Of a stretch of DNA of 22,857 nt, positions 8,628 to 16,447 are shown piece after piece. The stretch lies in the IMG/VR virus record IMGVR_UViG_3300028887_000098; one strand, written 5' to 3'. The first letter of the stretch is position 1, and the number at the start of each line of letters is the position of its first letter. This DNA comes from a virus (lineage: Duplodnaviria > Heunggongvirae > Uroviricota > Caudoviricetes). The notes below the pieces were generated by a model, which worked only from the letters and a program-made list of their open reading frames with translations, did not search any database and was not told the DNA's origin. The position numbers and the translations under genes were made by a program.

Positions 8628-9308
8628 CTACTTTTCCTTTAAAATATCACTTAAAAGTCTAACTTCAAATTTAGTTTCTGGTCCTTTTATTGCAGCGTAA
8701 TCAATTAAAATTTTTTGTGCCAATCTACTAAATATATTAGTTTTATTGTCTTTAATTATAACTAATTTTGAATAAGACATTTGATTTTCTAACATATGTT
8801 CACGTTGTTCTAATGAAAGCAAAGTTCCTACACTATCAATATCTAATGGCAATTCATTAAATTCTATAGCTTTGGACATGACTTTTTCTTTATCTTCATT
8901 AGAGATCGTCGGTGCAAAAATATAGTAAGTTAATTGACACTTGGTTTTCTCTTTTTGGATTCTTTCTGCAATTTCTGCTTCAGAAAGAGGATTATCACCA
9001 AATTCTTTTAAATCTTCAAATATTGGTTCTAATTGAGTGTCAAATAATTGACCAGGTTTTACATATTTTAATTTATTATCTTTAAAACATGCAGTCAATG
9101 GAAAGACACTTCTTTCTAGCATGTCTTCTAAAATTTTACGTTCAGAATCTAATGAAACTTCAACAAAATAAAGAAATCTATTATTAATATATTCTATTGA
9201 TTGTTTATAATCCTGACAAATATGGCATGCATCATCTGTAAAAATATAAATGCCATGTCTATAAGATAATAAAAATTTTTCAAAACTTAATTTTTGAGAA
9301 TCAAACAT
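8628..9308 (-). CDS. Thioredoxin-fold protein (CHIC) with additional C-terminal domain
   Basis: YIFTDDACHICQDYK CxxC motif and FPLTACFKDNKL cis-Pro-like segment. Confidence 0.7.
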   Translation of the reverse strand: MFDSQKLSFEKFLLSYRHGIYIFTDDACHICQDYKQSIEYINNRFLYFVEVSLDSERKILEDMLERSVFPLTACFKDNKLKYVKPGQLFDTQLEPIFEDLKEFGDNPLSEAEIAERIQKEKTKCQLTYYIFAPTISNEDKEKVMSKAIEFNELPLDIDSVGTLLSLEQREHMLENQMSYSKLVIIKDNKTNIFSRLAQKILIDYAAIKGPETKFEVRLLSDILKEK

Positions 9309-9314
9309 ACGTCT

Positions 9315-9322
9315 TATTTATA
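9315..9322 (-). promoter_or_regulatory. T4-type late promoter TATAAATA
   Basis: Exact consensus, 6 nt before ATG 9308, just downstream of a terminator. Confidence 0.65.
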
Positions 9323-9327
9323 CAGAA

Positions 9328-9358
9328 AAAATATACCACTTATTAGGTGGTATATTTT
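9328..9358 (-). terminator. Intrinsic terminator
   Basis: 12-bp stem AAAATATACCAC/GTGGTATATTTT with 7-nt loop, after the stop at 9364. Confidence 0.8.
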
Positions 9359-9363
9359 AAATA

Positions 9364-9852
9364 TTAAGCTTCAGGTTCTGTAATTAGATTTTGTTCCAAA
9401 TCTTCAAGAACTGTATTGTAAGTCATTAATACTTTCTTACCAGTTTCAGGGTCTTGTTCCTTATGCTTGACATACCAAGCAATATTCTTAATCATATCCT
9501 TTTCAGGATCGCAAACAAAACTAAGAATATACTCAGTTGACCATATACCATCTTGAGATTCCTTACGTGTAGCAGAAATACCAATTAATTTTGCTGGAAA
9601 TACAAGATCACTAAAAGTTACCTTATATTCTAATGTATATGCATCAAGTGGAATATTGAGCTTATCCCATGCGTCTTGAACAGCGGACTGGTCAAATGCA
9701 CCGTTAAAATCAATATCGCCTTGGAACTGACGTGGGAAAGAACGAATGCTTGTATCTTCAACGACTTTCATCTGAAGAATCCAAAACATGTCTTCACCTT
9801 TCTTAACAAGCTTGAAGTTAGTCAATGAACTATCAAATCTTGCTGTATTCAT
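9364..9852 (-). CDS. Hypothetical protein
   Basis: 162-aa ORF with TAATG coupling to the upstream gene; no motif recognised. Confidence 0.8.
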   Translation of the reverse strand: MNTARFDSSLTNFKLVKKGEDMFWILQMKVVEDTSIRSFPRQFQGDIDFNGAFDQSAVQDAWDKLNIPLDAYTLEYKVTFSDLVFPAKLIGISATRKESQDGIWSTEYILSFVCDPEKDMIKNIAWYVKHKEQDPETGKKVLMTYNTVLEDLEQNLITEPEA

Positions 9853-10241
9853 TAGTTACCTGCCTTTACTGACTTTTCAATCTTCTTGCATTGATAAACT
9901 GGATGATCAAGCTTAAAACTTGCAAGTTCTTCGGCTTCAAATTCATCAACAATCTTAAGATTTTCAAGCTGGTCAAGTGCACGGAAATATGCTAAACTCT
10001 TACCAACTGACTTATTGAACTTGTCCTGATAATTACAATGTGCAAAACCAGAAACTGTAACCTTGGACATATTTGGTTCCTTGAACCATTCTGTAATGGT
10101 CAAAGCAGTATTATGTTCTTCCCATTCAGTATAAACATCACGCAAAAATTCATCCTTAGTGCACGTGTGCTTATATTCTGTTGTATATCTAACCTTGACA
10201 ATAAATTGTCTACCATTTGAAAGAATAACTCTCATTTTCAT
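9852..10241 (-). CDS. Conserved-type phage hypothetical protein
   Basis: GFAHCNYQDKFNKSVGKSLAYFRA resembles the G-x-A-x-C-x2-D-x-F-x4-G-x2-A motif common in phage small proteins. The start is more likely ATG 10241 or 10235 (after AAAGGA) than the TTG at 10274. Confidence 0.7.
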   Translation of the reverse strand: MKMRVILSNGRQFIVKVRYTTEYKHTCTKDEFLRDVYTEWEEHNTALTITEWFKEPNMSKVTVSGFAHCNYQDKFNKSVGKSLAYFRALDQLENLKIVDEFEAEELASFKLDHPVYQCKKIEKSVKAGN

Positions 10242-10271
10242 TTTCCTTTGTTTAAAAGATTTAACGTATTT

Positions 10272-10280
10272 CAAATATAG
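10272..10280 (-). promoter_or_regulatory. CTATATTTG motif, putative early/middle promoter element
   Basis: Between the terminator at 10335-10354 and the gene start at about 10241; same 9-mer as at 69-77 and 19846-19854. Confidence 0.4.
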
Positions 10281-10334
10281 CTAAAAAATGTTACTTAAAA
10301 TTTACTAAAAATAAAATTTGTATTTTTAATAAAA

Positions 10335-10354
10335 ACGGAGTTTTTCAACTCCGT
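10335..10354 (-). terminator. Intrinsic terminator
   Basis: On the minus strand ACGGAGTT-gaaa-AACTCCGT followed by TTTT, right after the stop at 10360. Confidence 0.8.
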
Positions 10355-10359
10355 CTTAT

Positions 10360-11568
10360 TTAGATAATATCTTGTTCTTTTGAATCGAACATCAACAGCA
10401 TTTGATTTATATGTTGTGATGATTCAAGCCAGCAACCAGAACTATTGATAAAGTCATATTGCCAGTTCAAAATTTCATTATATTTATCTTTTTTACAGAG
10501 TTTCCAGAATATATCGTCAATTTCTTGAACAGTTGACTTATCTGTAAATTTACATTCTTTATGAATTTCTCTATATGGACTGTCATCATTTTCTGTAAAA
10601 ATATTACCCATAAATACACATCCACATGCGCAAGCTTCTGTGAATCTTAATGAAGACTTTGCACGGTTAAATGGATTGTTTACGATAGAAGCAATACTAA
10701 AATCTGCATGAACTTCCATAAATTTTCTTGGGAATGTGTGAGAATCTGCCCATGGAATGAACTGAATTCTGTCCTTAATTTCTTCCCAGAAATATGGCAA
10801 TGCACCCATTACATAGAAATCAATCTTATTTTCCTTGACATTCTTAATTACCCAATCACAAAGACCAGTGTTCCAGTCACCTCTATCACCTGGCTGACCT
10901 GGATGGCCTTGAGGGAAATTCGGATGTTGACCTGGTTGCAACTTAGGAATTGGTTGCTTGTAATGAGTTGGACTACCAGAATAGATAACTCTTGGTTTTA
11001 CCAAATCTTCTGTAAGATTTTTCTTACGCTCAAAATTCCACAAATATCTCGGAACAACATTCTTGATAACCATTACATTATTGACATTAAAGACGCGTTC
11101 AACTACTTTTTTGAGATAATCAGTAGAAACAACGATTAAATCCAATAACGGTAATGTCTTCTTCATACATTCCATCATATCATTTTGTGCTTTGTGAGTA
11201 CTTTCATATGATGGATTATATGGCGGAACAGAGTCATTTGCAGGATCAGCATCACCGGTTGGGAAAATCAAATCATCAAATTCACCAACAAGCTTATAAC
11301 CGAATTTAGGCTGCAATTCCTTATATCTTGTAAGCAAATCAATATCGACTTTATTGACTGGTCTTTGAAAGATAATAGTCTTTGCATGTGCCAAAGCTTG
11401 CGGTTCAAATGTATAATATGGTAATAAAACAGGAATAACACCTAATTCGTGACCATTGATATATTCTGCATTGTAACGAAGTCTTACATGCGAACAACCA
11501 GATGTATCACGGCAATAGATTATTGCCATGTTTTTACCATCAATATTTTCGGTATGTGCGTTTAACAT
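10360..11568 (-). CDS. Glycosyltransferase, GT-B fold (GT4-like)
   Basis: SGCSHVRL, IIFQR, GEFDDLIF, DLIVVSTDYLKK, VIKNVVP, IYSGSPTH and FNRAKSSLRFTEACACG motifs typical of large-phage GT-B enzymes. Confidence 0.8.
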   Translation of the reverse strand: MLNAHTENIDGKNMAIIYCRDTSGCSHVRLRYNAEYINGHELGVIPVLLPYYTFEPQALAHAKTIIFQRPVNKVDIDLLTRYKELQPKFGYKLVGEFDDLIFPTGDADPANDSVPPYNPSYESTHKAQNDMMECMKKTLPLLDLIVVSTDYLKKVVERVFNVNNVMVIKNVVPRYLWNFERKKNLTEDLVKPRVIYSGSPTHYKQPIPKLQPGQHPNFPQGHPGQPGDRGDWNTGLCDWVIKNVKENKIDFYVMGALPYFWEEIKDRIQFIPWADSHTFPRKFMEVHADFSIASIVNNPFNRAKSSLRFTEACACGCVFMGNIFTENDDSPYREIHKECKFTDKSTVQEIDDIFWKLCKKDKYNEILNWQYDFINSSGCWLESSQHINQMLLMFDSKEQDII

Positions 11569-11576
11569 AAATTCCT

Positions 11577-12170
11577 TTAGTTATCATCTCCATAAGGGTC
11601 ATCGATAGTATTAAGATTTTCATAGAAATCCAAACCAGCGATTTCCTTTTCATTTCTTTCATTCATTTCAGAAAGATATAAATTCAAAGCGTTAGTAATA
11701 AGCTGAGTAACGAATGCGAATGCACTAGAATTTCGAGTTTCGTCATATCTGTTAATATAGGTAAATAAAGTCATTAGTGCTTCTTGACGAATATCATCGA
11801 TTTCTTCATACGCAGGAGATTGAACGAGTTTAAACGAAATAATACGACCATTGATAACCTTGATGAATGCATCACAAATATCTTTCTTGACCTGTTCGAA
11901 TTCCATATTAAACTTATGTCTTTCTTCAGGAGTCATTGTATTATAACGTTCGTGCAAAGCCTTGATTTCTTCACGCTTGCGCTGAATAAAATCTTTAGAG
12001 ACTTCATACTTGTCTTCTGTAATACTCTTTTTATTATTCTTGTTTTCAAGTTTACGTTCGTATGCGTCGCACCATTCACCTGTATCATTGATATTCATCT
12101 TATTAAACTTAACGACCAATTCGCGTAAATATTTATTTGATATGTAACCTTCACCTTTTTCTTGTTTCAT
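11577..12170 (-). CDS. gp55: Late-transcription sigma factor (T4 gp55-like)
   Basis: YISNKYL N-terminus and DDIRQEALMTLFTYINRYDETRNSSAFAFVTQLITNA match the gp55 pattern; many TATAAATA promoters occur in the window. Confidence 0.8.
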   Translation of the reverse strand: MKQEKGEGYISNKYLRELVVKFNKMNINDTGEWCDAYERKLENKNNKKSITEDKYEVSKDFIQRKREEIKALHERYNTMTPEERHKFNMEFEQVKKDICDAFIKVINGRIISFKLVQSPAYEEIDDIRQEALMTLFTYINRYDETRNSSAFAFVTQLITNALNLYLSEMNERNEKEIAGLDFYENLNTIDDPYGDDN

Positions 12171-12196
12171 ATTATACCTATATTAATTCTGTATCT

Positions 12197-12225
12197 ATAA
12201 TATAAATATAGAATTTTTTTGTAAA
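12197..12225 (-). promoter_or_regulatory. Sigma70-like promoter for gp55
   Basis: TTTACA (12225-12220), 17-nt spacer, TATTAT (12202-12197), 27 nt upstream of the ATG. Confidence 0.5.
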
Positions 12226-12240
12226 TAAAAATTTACAAAA
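12217..12240. repeat. 10-bp inverted repeat (weak terminator or operator)
   Basis: TTTTGTAAAT-aaaa-ATTTACAAAA overlapping the predicted -35 box. Confidence 0.45.
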
Positions 12241-12256
12241 GTTTTTTCTGAATTTT

Positions 12257-13198
12257 TTATAAGTGCGGCATGCTAGGCATTGATGGCTTCGTAGCATGAG
12301 GAATATTCGGCATTTGAGACTTTGCTTTTGCAATTTCTTTATTATTTGCCTCATTTTCTTCTTCAATCATCTTATTGATAATTTGTTGTTCTGCTTCTAC
12401 TTCAACCCAAGCCCATTCATTTGTTATCTGTAAATTTGAATACTTTGCAATCCTTGTGATAGTTTCAAGAATCTGTAATAAGTCAACTTTACTAAATAAA
12501 TTCTTATCACTGATTTCAATTTTTACATTATGTGTTTTACCACATTTTGGACAAGAAATTGTAAAATCTTTTTTAACACCACAATAATTGTCTGCTATAT
12601 GTGCTTTTAAAATTATAAAGTCATTAGCTGTTAAATTACTAATAAAAGAGTATTTTTCTTCCATTGTATTAGCGGTATCAATGTATAAACATAGTTCATC
12701 AATATCATCATTGATTTCATAAATTGAATCATTATATCTAGGCATTTTGATAGGTAATGTAATACCTAAATCTGGTAGAAATACTTTATTAACAAAAGGA
12801 TGATCTAGATATACAAATTCTAAGTCGACTAATTTAATAATATGTTCTATTCTTGACTTACAACCAGAACATGATGGAATGATTACAGTAAAACCATTAC
12901 CGTTAATAAAACTATTCAATCTAATCCAGAAAATAATAAATTCTCTATCAGCTAAAACCAATTCTTCATATTTTAAATTTTCAAGAATAGTGCATTTTTC
13001 GATAAGTTCATTACAAATATCTGTTGCATTTTCTTCTCTTAAAGAAGCAAGATATTTTACTTCAAGAACAGTCATTGAACGTGCTTTTATCTTTGCATTC
13101 TTCGAATATAAAACACCTTTTGATGGCAATTCATTTAAATCGATTTGCCAGAAGTTGAACATATCATAATTATGCATTATATTATTTGTTGTTTTCAT
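12257..13198 (-). CDS. Baseplate hub subunit (gp26-like), possibly with gp51-like C-terminal module
   Basis: ELPSKG...RSMTVLEVKYL...LADREFIIFWIRLNS...CSGC...CPKCG. The true start may be ATG 13177 or 13162. Confidence 0.7.
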   Translation of the reverse strand: MKTTNNIMHNYDMFNFWQIDLNELPSKGVLYSKNAKIKARSMTVLEVKYLASLREENATDICNELIEKCTILENLKYEELVLADREFIIFWIRLNSFINGNGFTVIIPSCSGCKSRIEHIIKLVDLEFVYLDHPFVNKVFLPDLGITLPIKMPRYNDSIYEINDDIDELCLYIDTANTMEEKYSFISNLTANDFIILKAHIADNYCGVKKDFTISCPKCGKTHNVKIEISDKNLFSKVDLLQILETITRIAKYSNLQITNEWAWVEVEAEQQIINKMIEEENEANNKEIAKAKSQMPNIPHATKPSMPSMPHL

Positions 13199-13868
13199 CG
13201 TTATTATCTCCAGGATCCGCTAATAATTTTACAGTTGCAGTTCCATTAAATATACCGCCGCCAGGAGTAGTTCCTACTGCGACACCAGTCATTGGAGGCG
13301 ATGTAGTTATTGCTTTCTTTAAAAAATTTTCAAATTCAGTCCAAAATGCCTTAAATGTATCTGGACTTTCTGGTGGTTCTGTTTTTATTCTATTAATGAA
13401 TTTTTCACCAAAAACATAAAAATGCGGAGTAGGAACTCCACTAGGAATAGTACCCGTAATCATAATAGGATTTACATATGCGCCAGCAGATATTCCTAAA
13501 AATTTTGGCCATAATGCAGATGTAGTTGACCAATTAATTGTTGCCTGTGTAATTTTTATTCCAATGTAATTAAAAATCATCGGAAATATTTTTTCCTGAA
13601 ATGTAGAAAATGCTTTTAAATCAGTAGGGTTTATATTAAGAGATTCTGCTATAGGTTTTAAACCATTATAATAAAATGGTGTACTAACACCCAAAAGCTG
13701 AGGATAAGTAACTACTCCAGCAACAGAACCATATTGAATAATTAACCTTCTATCAAACCATTCATTTAGTGCATTTGCAAGAATATTATAAAATGTTCCT
13801 GGTGGCGATGTACTACTTAATGTTTTTAATTTTGGATATATTAAACTATAAATTGATGAGAATTCCAT
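13182..13868 (-). CDS. Hypothetical protein (Pro/Gly/Thr-rich, probable structural)
   Basis: 228-aa ORF with TAATG coupling to the terminase C-half. Confidence 0.75.
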   Translation of the reverse strand: MEFSSIYSLIYPKLKTLSSTSPPGTFYNILANALNEWFDRRLIIQYGSVAGVVTYPQLLGVSTPFYYNGLKPIAESLNINPTDLKAFSTFQEKIFPMIFNYIGIKITQATINWSTTSALWPKFLGISAGAYVNPIMITGTIPSGVPTPHFYVFGEKFINRIKTEPPESPDTFKAFWTEFENFLKKAITTSPPMTGVAVGTTPGGGIFNGTATVKLLADPGDNNDENNK

Positions 13869-14923
13869 TATTTAAAGTCACTCCAGAAATCATCGTTATA
13901 TTCCATTGCATCAGCCATCATATCGACTGTCATATTACTTATTTCTTTTGTCACTTCTTTAATCTTGATATTGTCCATATCAATTTCTGGTTGCAATGTT
14001 GCGTAAACTGCCCAATACAAAGCTGAAACAGTATCGTCGTGATTTCCTTTTGCCGCTTTAAAGACGTTTGGTGATTGTTCTTCAAATCTTGAAAGTTCTG
14101 AAATTGTAACACCATCATGAATTGTAAGAATTTCAGCATCAATAACTCTCTGTAATTCAAGACATGCGTCAAGCTTAGAACGCTTATCAGATTTAGTTCC
14201 TAATCCTTTACCTGCTTTTTCAGTATTTAAAAGATTTGGATTTTCAAGAGTATACCAAATTTCTTCTACAACTTGTTTACCTGGGTCATTATTTTCGATA
14301 ATGAACGAAGCATCGTTATACATTTTTGAAACTTTATCGATAATTCTAGCAAATTCACCAGGTTTTACCGTATTGGAACGATAAGTAGCAACTTGTTCCA
14401 TGTGATATTTGTCTTTAATTTCAATAACCTGAATGCAAGCATAGTCACCACCAACACCTGCACAAGGGTCACATCCCATCAAATAGAAATGTCCTGCTTC
14501 TGGTCTTTTATAAATTGAAAATGACAAATCTTCAAATTGAACTTCTACAGGTTCCATTTCAACAAGTTTTTCAAGAACGTTACCGCTAATCAAAGTGTTA
14601 GAAGAACCAATGAATGAACAGTTATGATGAATAATTCCATTCGTTGTTTCATATAATGCACCGTCGATATTAAGTGGAGTATAAACAGTCTTGACTCCTA
14701 CTTCTTCTATTTGAAGTACTCTACTTATCCCAAATGTATTGTTTTTGACTGTAGAACCACGTTTAAGATCTTTTGCATATACATCCTGATTTTCAGGACT
14801 CTTAAATCTATGGTCTAATGAACAAGTAATTTCAGAATTATCAAATATAATATGTATTGATTCAGCAGTTTTTTTCTGAAATCCATCAAATTTTTTAAAG
14901 GTGTCACCAATCTTAATAAGCAT
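13868..14923 (-). CDS. gp17: Split terminase large subunit, C-half: IntC (101 aa) fused to the gp17 nuclease domain (250 aa)
   Basis: The extein begins CSFIGSSNTLI (gp17 C-x-F-x-G-S-x-N-T-L-I) and contains YLMGCDPCAG, IIENNDPG and KGNHDDTVSAL RNase H-fold motifs. The N-terminal 101 aa are intein-like. Probable start ATG 14923; the extension to 14995 reads through promoter DNA. Confidence 0.9.
   Translation of the reverse strand: MLIKIGDTFKKFDGFQKKTAESIHIIFDNSEITCSLDHRFKSPENQDVYAKDLKRGSTVKNNTFGISRVLQIEEVGVKTVYTPLNIDGALYETTNGIIHHNCSFIGSSNTLISGNVLEKLVEMEPVEVQFEDLSFSIYKRPEAGHFYLMGCDPCAGVGGDYACIQVIEIKDKYHMEQVATYRSNTVKPGEFARIIDKVSKMYNDASFIIENNDPGKQVVEEIWYTLENPNLLNTEKAGKGLGTKSDKRSKLDACLELQRVIDAEILTIHDGVTISELSRFEEQSPNVFKAAKGNHDDTVSALYWAVYATLQPEIDMDNIKIKEVTKEISNMTVDMMADAMEYNDDFWSDFK
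14621..14923 (-). mobile_element. C-terminal fragment of an atypically split intein (TerL-type IntC)
   Basis: Block B-like TCSLDHRF, AKDLKRG, block F-like VYTPLNIDGALY, block G TNGIIHHN then +1 Cys (codon 14618-14620). No block A Cys1 segment upstream. Confidence 0.85.
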
Positions 14924-14957
14924 AATAATCTCGATAAAATAAACAGAATATTTTATA

Positions 14958-14965
14958 TATTTATA
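14958..14965 (-). promoter_or_regulatory. T4-type late promoter TATAAATA (for IntC-gp17C)
   Basis: Exact consensus 34 nt upstream of ATG 14923; back-to-back with the plus-strand promoter. Confidence 0.7.
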
Positions 14966-14976
14966 ACAAGTAAAAC

Positions 14977-14984
14977 TATAAATA
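14977..14984 (+). promoter_or_regulatory. T4-type late promoter TATAAATA
   Basis: Exact consensus followed by AAAAGGA and ATG 15013. Confidence 0.75.
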
Positions 14985-15012
14985 TTATAAAACAATTAAA
15001 AGGATTTAAAAT

Positions 15013-16359
15013 ATGTTAAATTTAGATGTAACTCCTGCAAAAATGAGCTGTGAAGAAATCAAGTCATGGCTTACAGAATGTGCTGCAGAAATTAGCAAGG
15101 CATATGATGAAGACAATATTGCCTATGCAAATAAGCTTGATACAATTTATCAAGTTGTAAAGCAAATGGGCGAAGAAAAATGTAAAAATGAATCTTTTAG
15201 AGGATATTTAAGTTCTTCAATGTTAACTGAATCTGTTACAGAAGAAAGTTCAAATCCTACATATTTAATAGAAGTTGATGAAGCAATTATTTCATTTGAA
15301 GACAAATTGAAAGATTGCGATGTTGAACTTGACGCAAAGGTAACAGTAGACGATAATTTAAATATTATTGATTTTCCACCTATTACAGTTGATATTGGAT
15401 TTAAACTTCCGTATATTGATGAAAAACAGCATATCGTTTTAACATATACTCCTAATGGAATGCCTGAAAATTTAAATATTGACAATATTCCAGCAAAAGA
15501 TTATACTACTAGTCATACTGAAACAGGAACTGTTGTTTCATTCAAATCTCTCGGTAATTTAGCTGATAATCTTGAAGAATTTGAATTTACTGAAACTATT
15601 GAATGGCCATTTGAAATGGATTTCAAATCTGCTACGGTAAAGAAAAAATTTGATAAAATTAAAACTTTATCTGGAAAGATTATTGCTTTGCTTGGTAAAG
15701 ACCAATTAATTAATAAAGTTAGTGGTTATCAGTCTACACACTCTTCTGGTTCTAATAAAGCAACAAGAGCTAAGAGAGAAGCTGAAGCACTTAAAGCAAC
15801 AATTCGTGCACGTGGTCCGTTCAAGTCTAGAACTGAAATTCTTAAAGATACACTTAGTGCAATTCCAGGTATTACTTCTATTGAACAGTTACCTGTTATG
15901 GGTAATCAGCAATATTATACCAAATTCCGTATTACATTCAAGGGTGGTTGGTTTGATGTTTTCAATGGCGGTATGAATTTCAGAGTAATGGACAGTCTTG
16001 GTGGTTTCGGTAATAATCAGGAATTTAGAACTGATCCAAGTGATCCAGATGCATCTGTTACAAAAACACGTAATAAAGTTGTTGCATATATTCAAAAACG
16101 TATGGAAGATATGAAGATTGCAGCATTAAGTCCTAGAGAACGTGCAGCATTAGCAGCAAAGAATAAGCCAAAACAACGCGATTTAACGACTGAATATAAC
16201 GAGTTTATTGAAATGGCTACAAATACCCTTAATGGAACAAATCCAGTTTCCAGAAGCGTCTTATCGGACAAATATGACCATCTCATGTATAGTGAGCGAT
16301 TCTTAACTGATGAGCAAATGACTAAACTTATGGAACTTGTTACAGAGTTAGATATTTAA
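15013..16359 (+). CDS. Hypothetical late protein, probable head/internal protein
   Basis: 448 aa; late promoter and SD; NESFRGYL...MLTESVTEE motif. No homing-endonuclease motif recognised. Confidence 0.75.
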   Translation: MLNLDVTPAKMSCEEIKSWLTECAAEISKAYDEDNIAYANKLDTIYQVVKQMGEEKCKNESFRGYLSSSMLTESVTEESSNPTYLIEVDEAIISFEDKLKDCDVELDAKVTVDDNLNIIDFPPITVDIGFKLPYIDEKQHIVLTYTPNGMPENLNIDNIPAKDYTTSHTETGTVVSFKSLGNLADNLEEFEFTETIEWPFEMDFKSATVKKKFDKIKTLSGKIIALLGKDQLINKVSGYQSTHSSGSNKATRAKREAEALKATIRARGPFKSRTEILKDTLSAIPGITSIEQLPVMGNQQYYTKFRITFKGGWFDVFNGGMNFRVMDSLGGFGNNQEFRTDPSDPDASVTKTRNKVVAYIQKRMEDMKIAALSPRERAALAAKNKPKQRDLTTEYNEFIEMATNTLNGTNPVSRSVLSDKYDHLMYSERFLTDEQMTKLMELVTELDI

Positions 16360-16363
16360 AAAT

Positions 16364-16389
16364 AAAAGCTTGGTTAATTCCAAGCTTTT
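16364..16389 (+). terminator. Intrinsic terminator
   Basis: AAAAGCTTGG-ttaatt-CCAAGCTTTT. Confidence 0.8.
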
Positions 16390-16397
16390 TAATATAA

Positions 16398-16429
16398 AAA
16401 AATATGTGAACAAAAGTTCACATATTTTT
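16398..16429 (-). terminator. Intrinsic terminator (second of a tandem pair between convergent genes)
   Basis: AAAAATATGTGAAC-aaaa-GTTCACATATTTTT. Confidence 0.8.
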
Positions 16430-16447
16430 ATTTTCTCCTAAAAACTA

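Noticed and set aside
8625-8630. TAG immediately followed by an in-frame ATG between the thioredoxin and GT genes, suggesting TAG recoding (code 15) or a fusion
   Set aside because: Long Gln-rich ORFs are intact in the standard code with no internal TAG, and the GT gene has its own SD (AAAGGA). Abutting stop-start junctions also occur with TAA (3303/3304, 18191/18192).
10242-10274. TTG start at 10274 for the 140-aa ORF
   Set aside because: It overlaps the putative promoter motif; the downstream ATGs have a good SD.
14924-14995. 24-codon N-terminal extension MFYNIYSFTCYKY... as a possible intein N-part
   Set aside because: It is AT-rich read-through across both late promoters and shows no block A resemblance.
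15013-16359. Possible homing endonuclease next to the split intein
   Set aside because: No HNH, GIY-YIG, LAGLIDADG or Vsr-like motif was recognised, and it has late-promoter and head-protein-like features.
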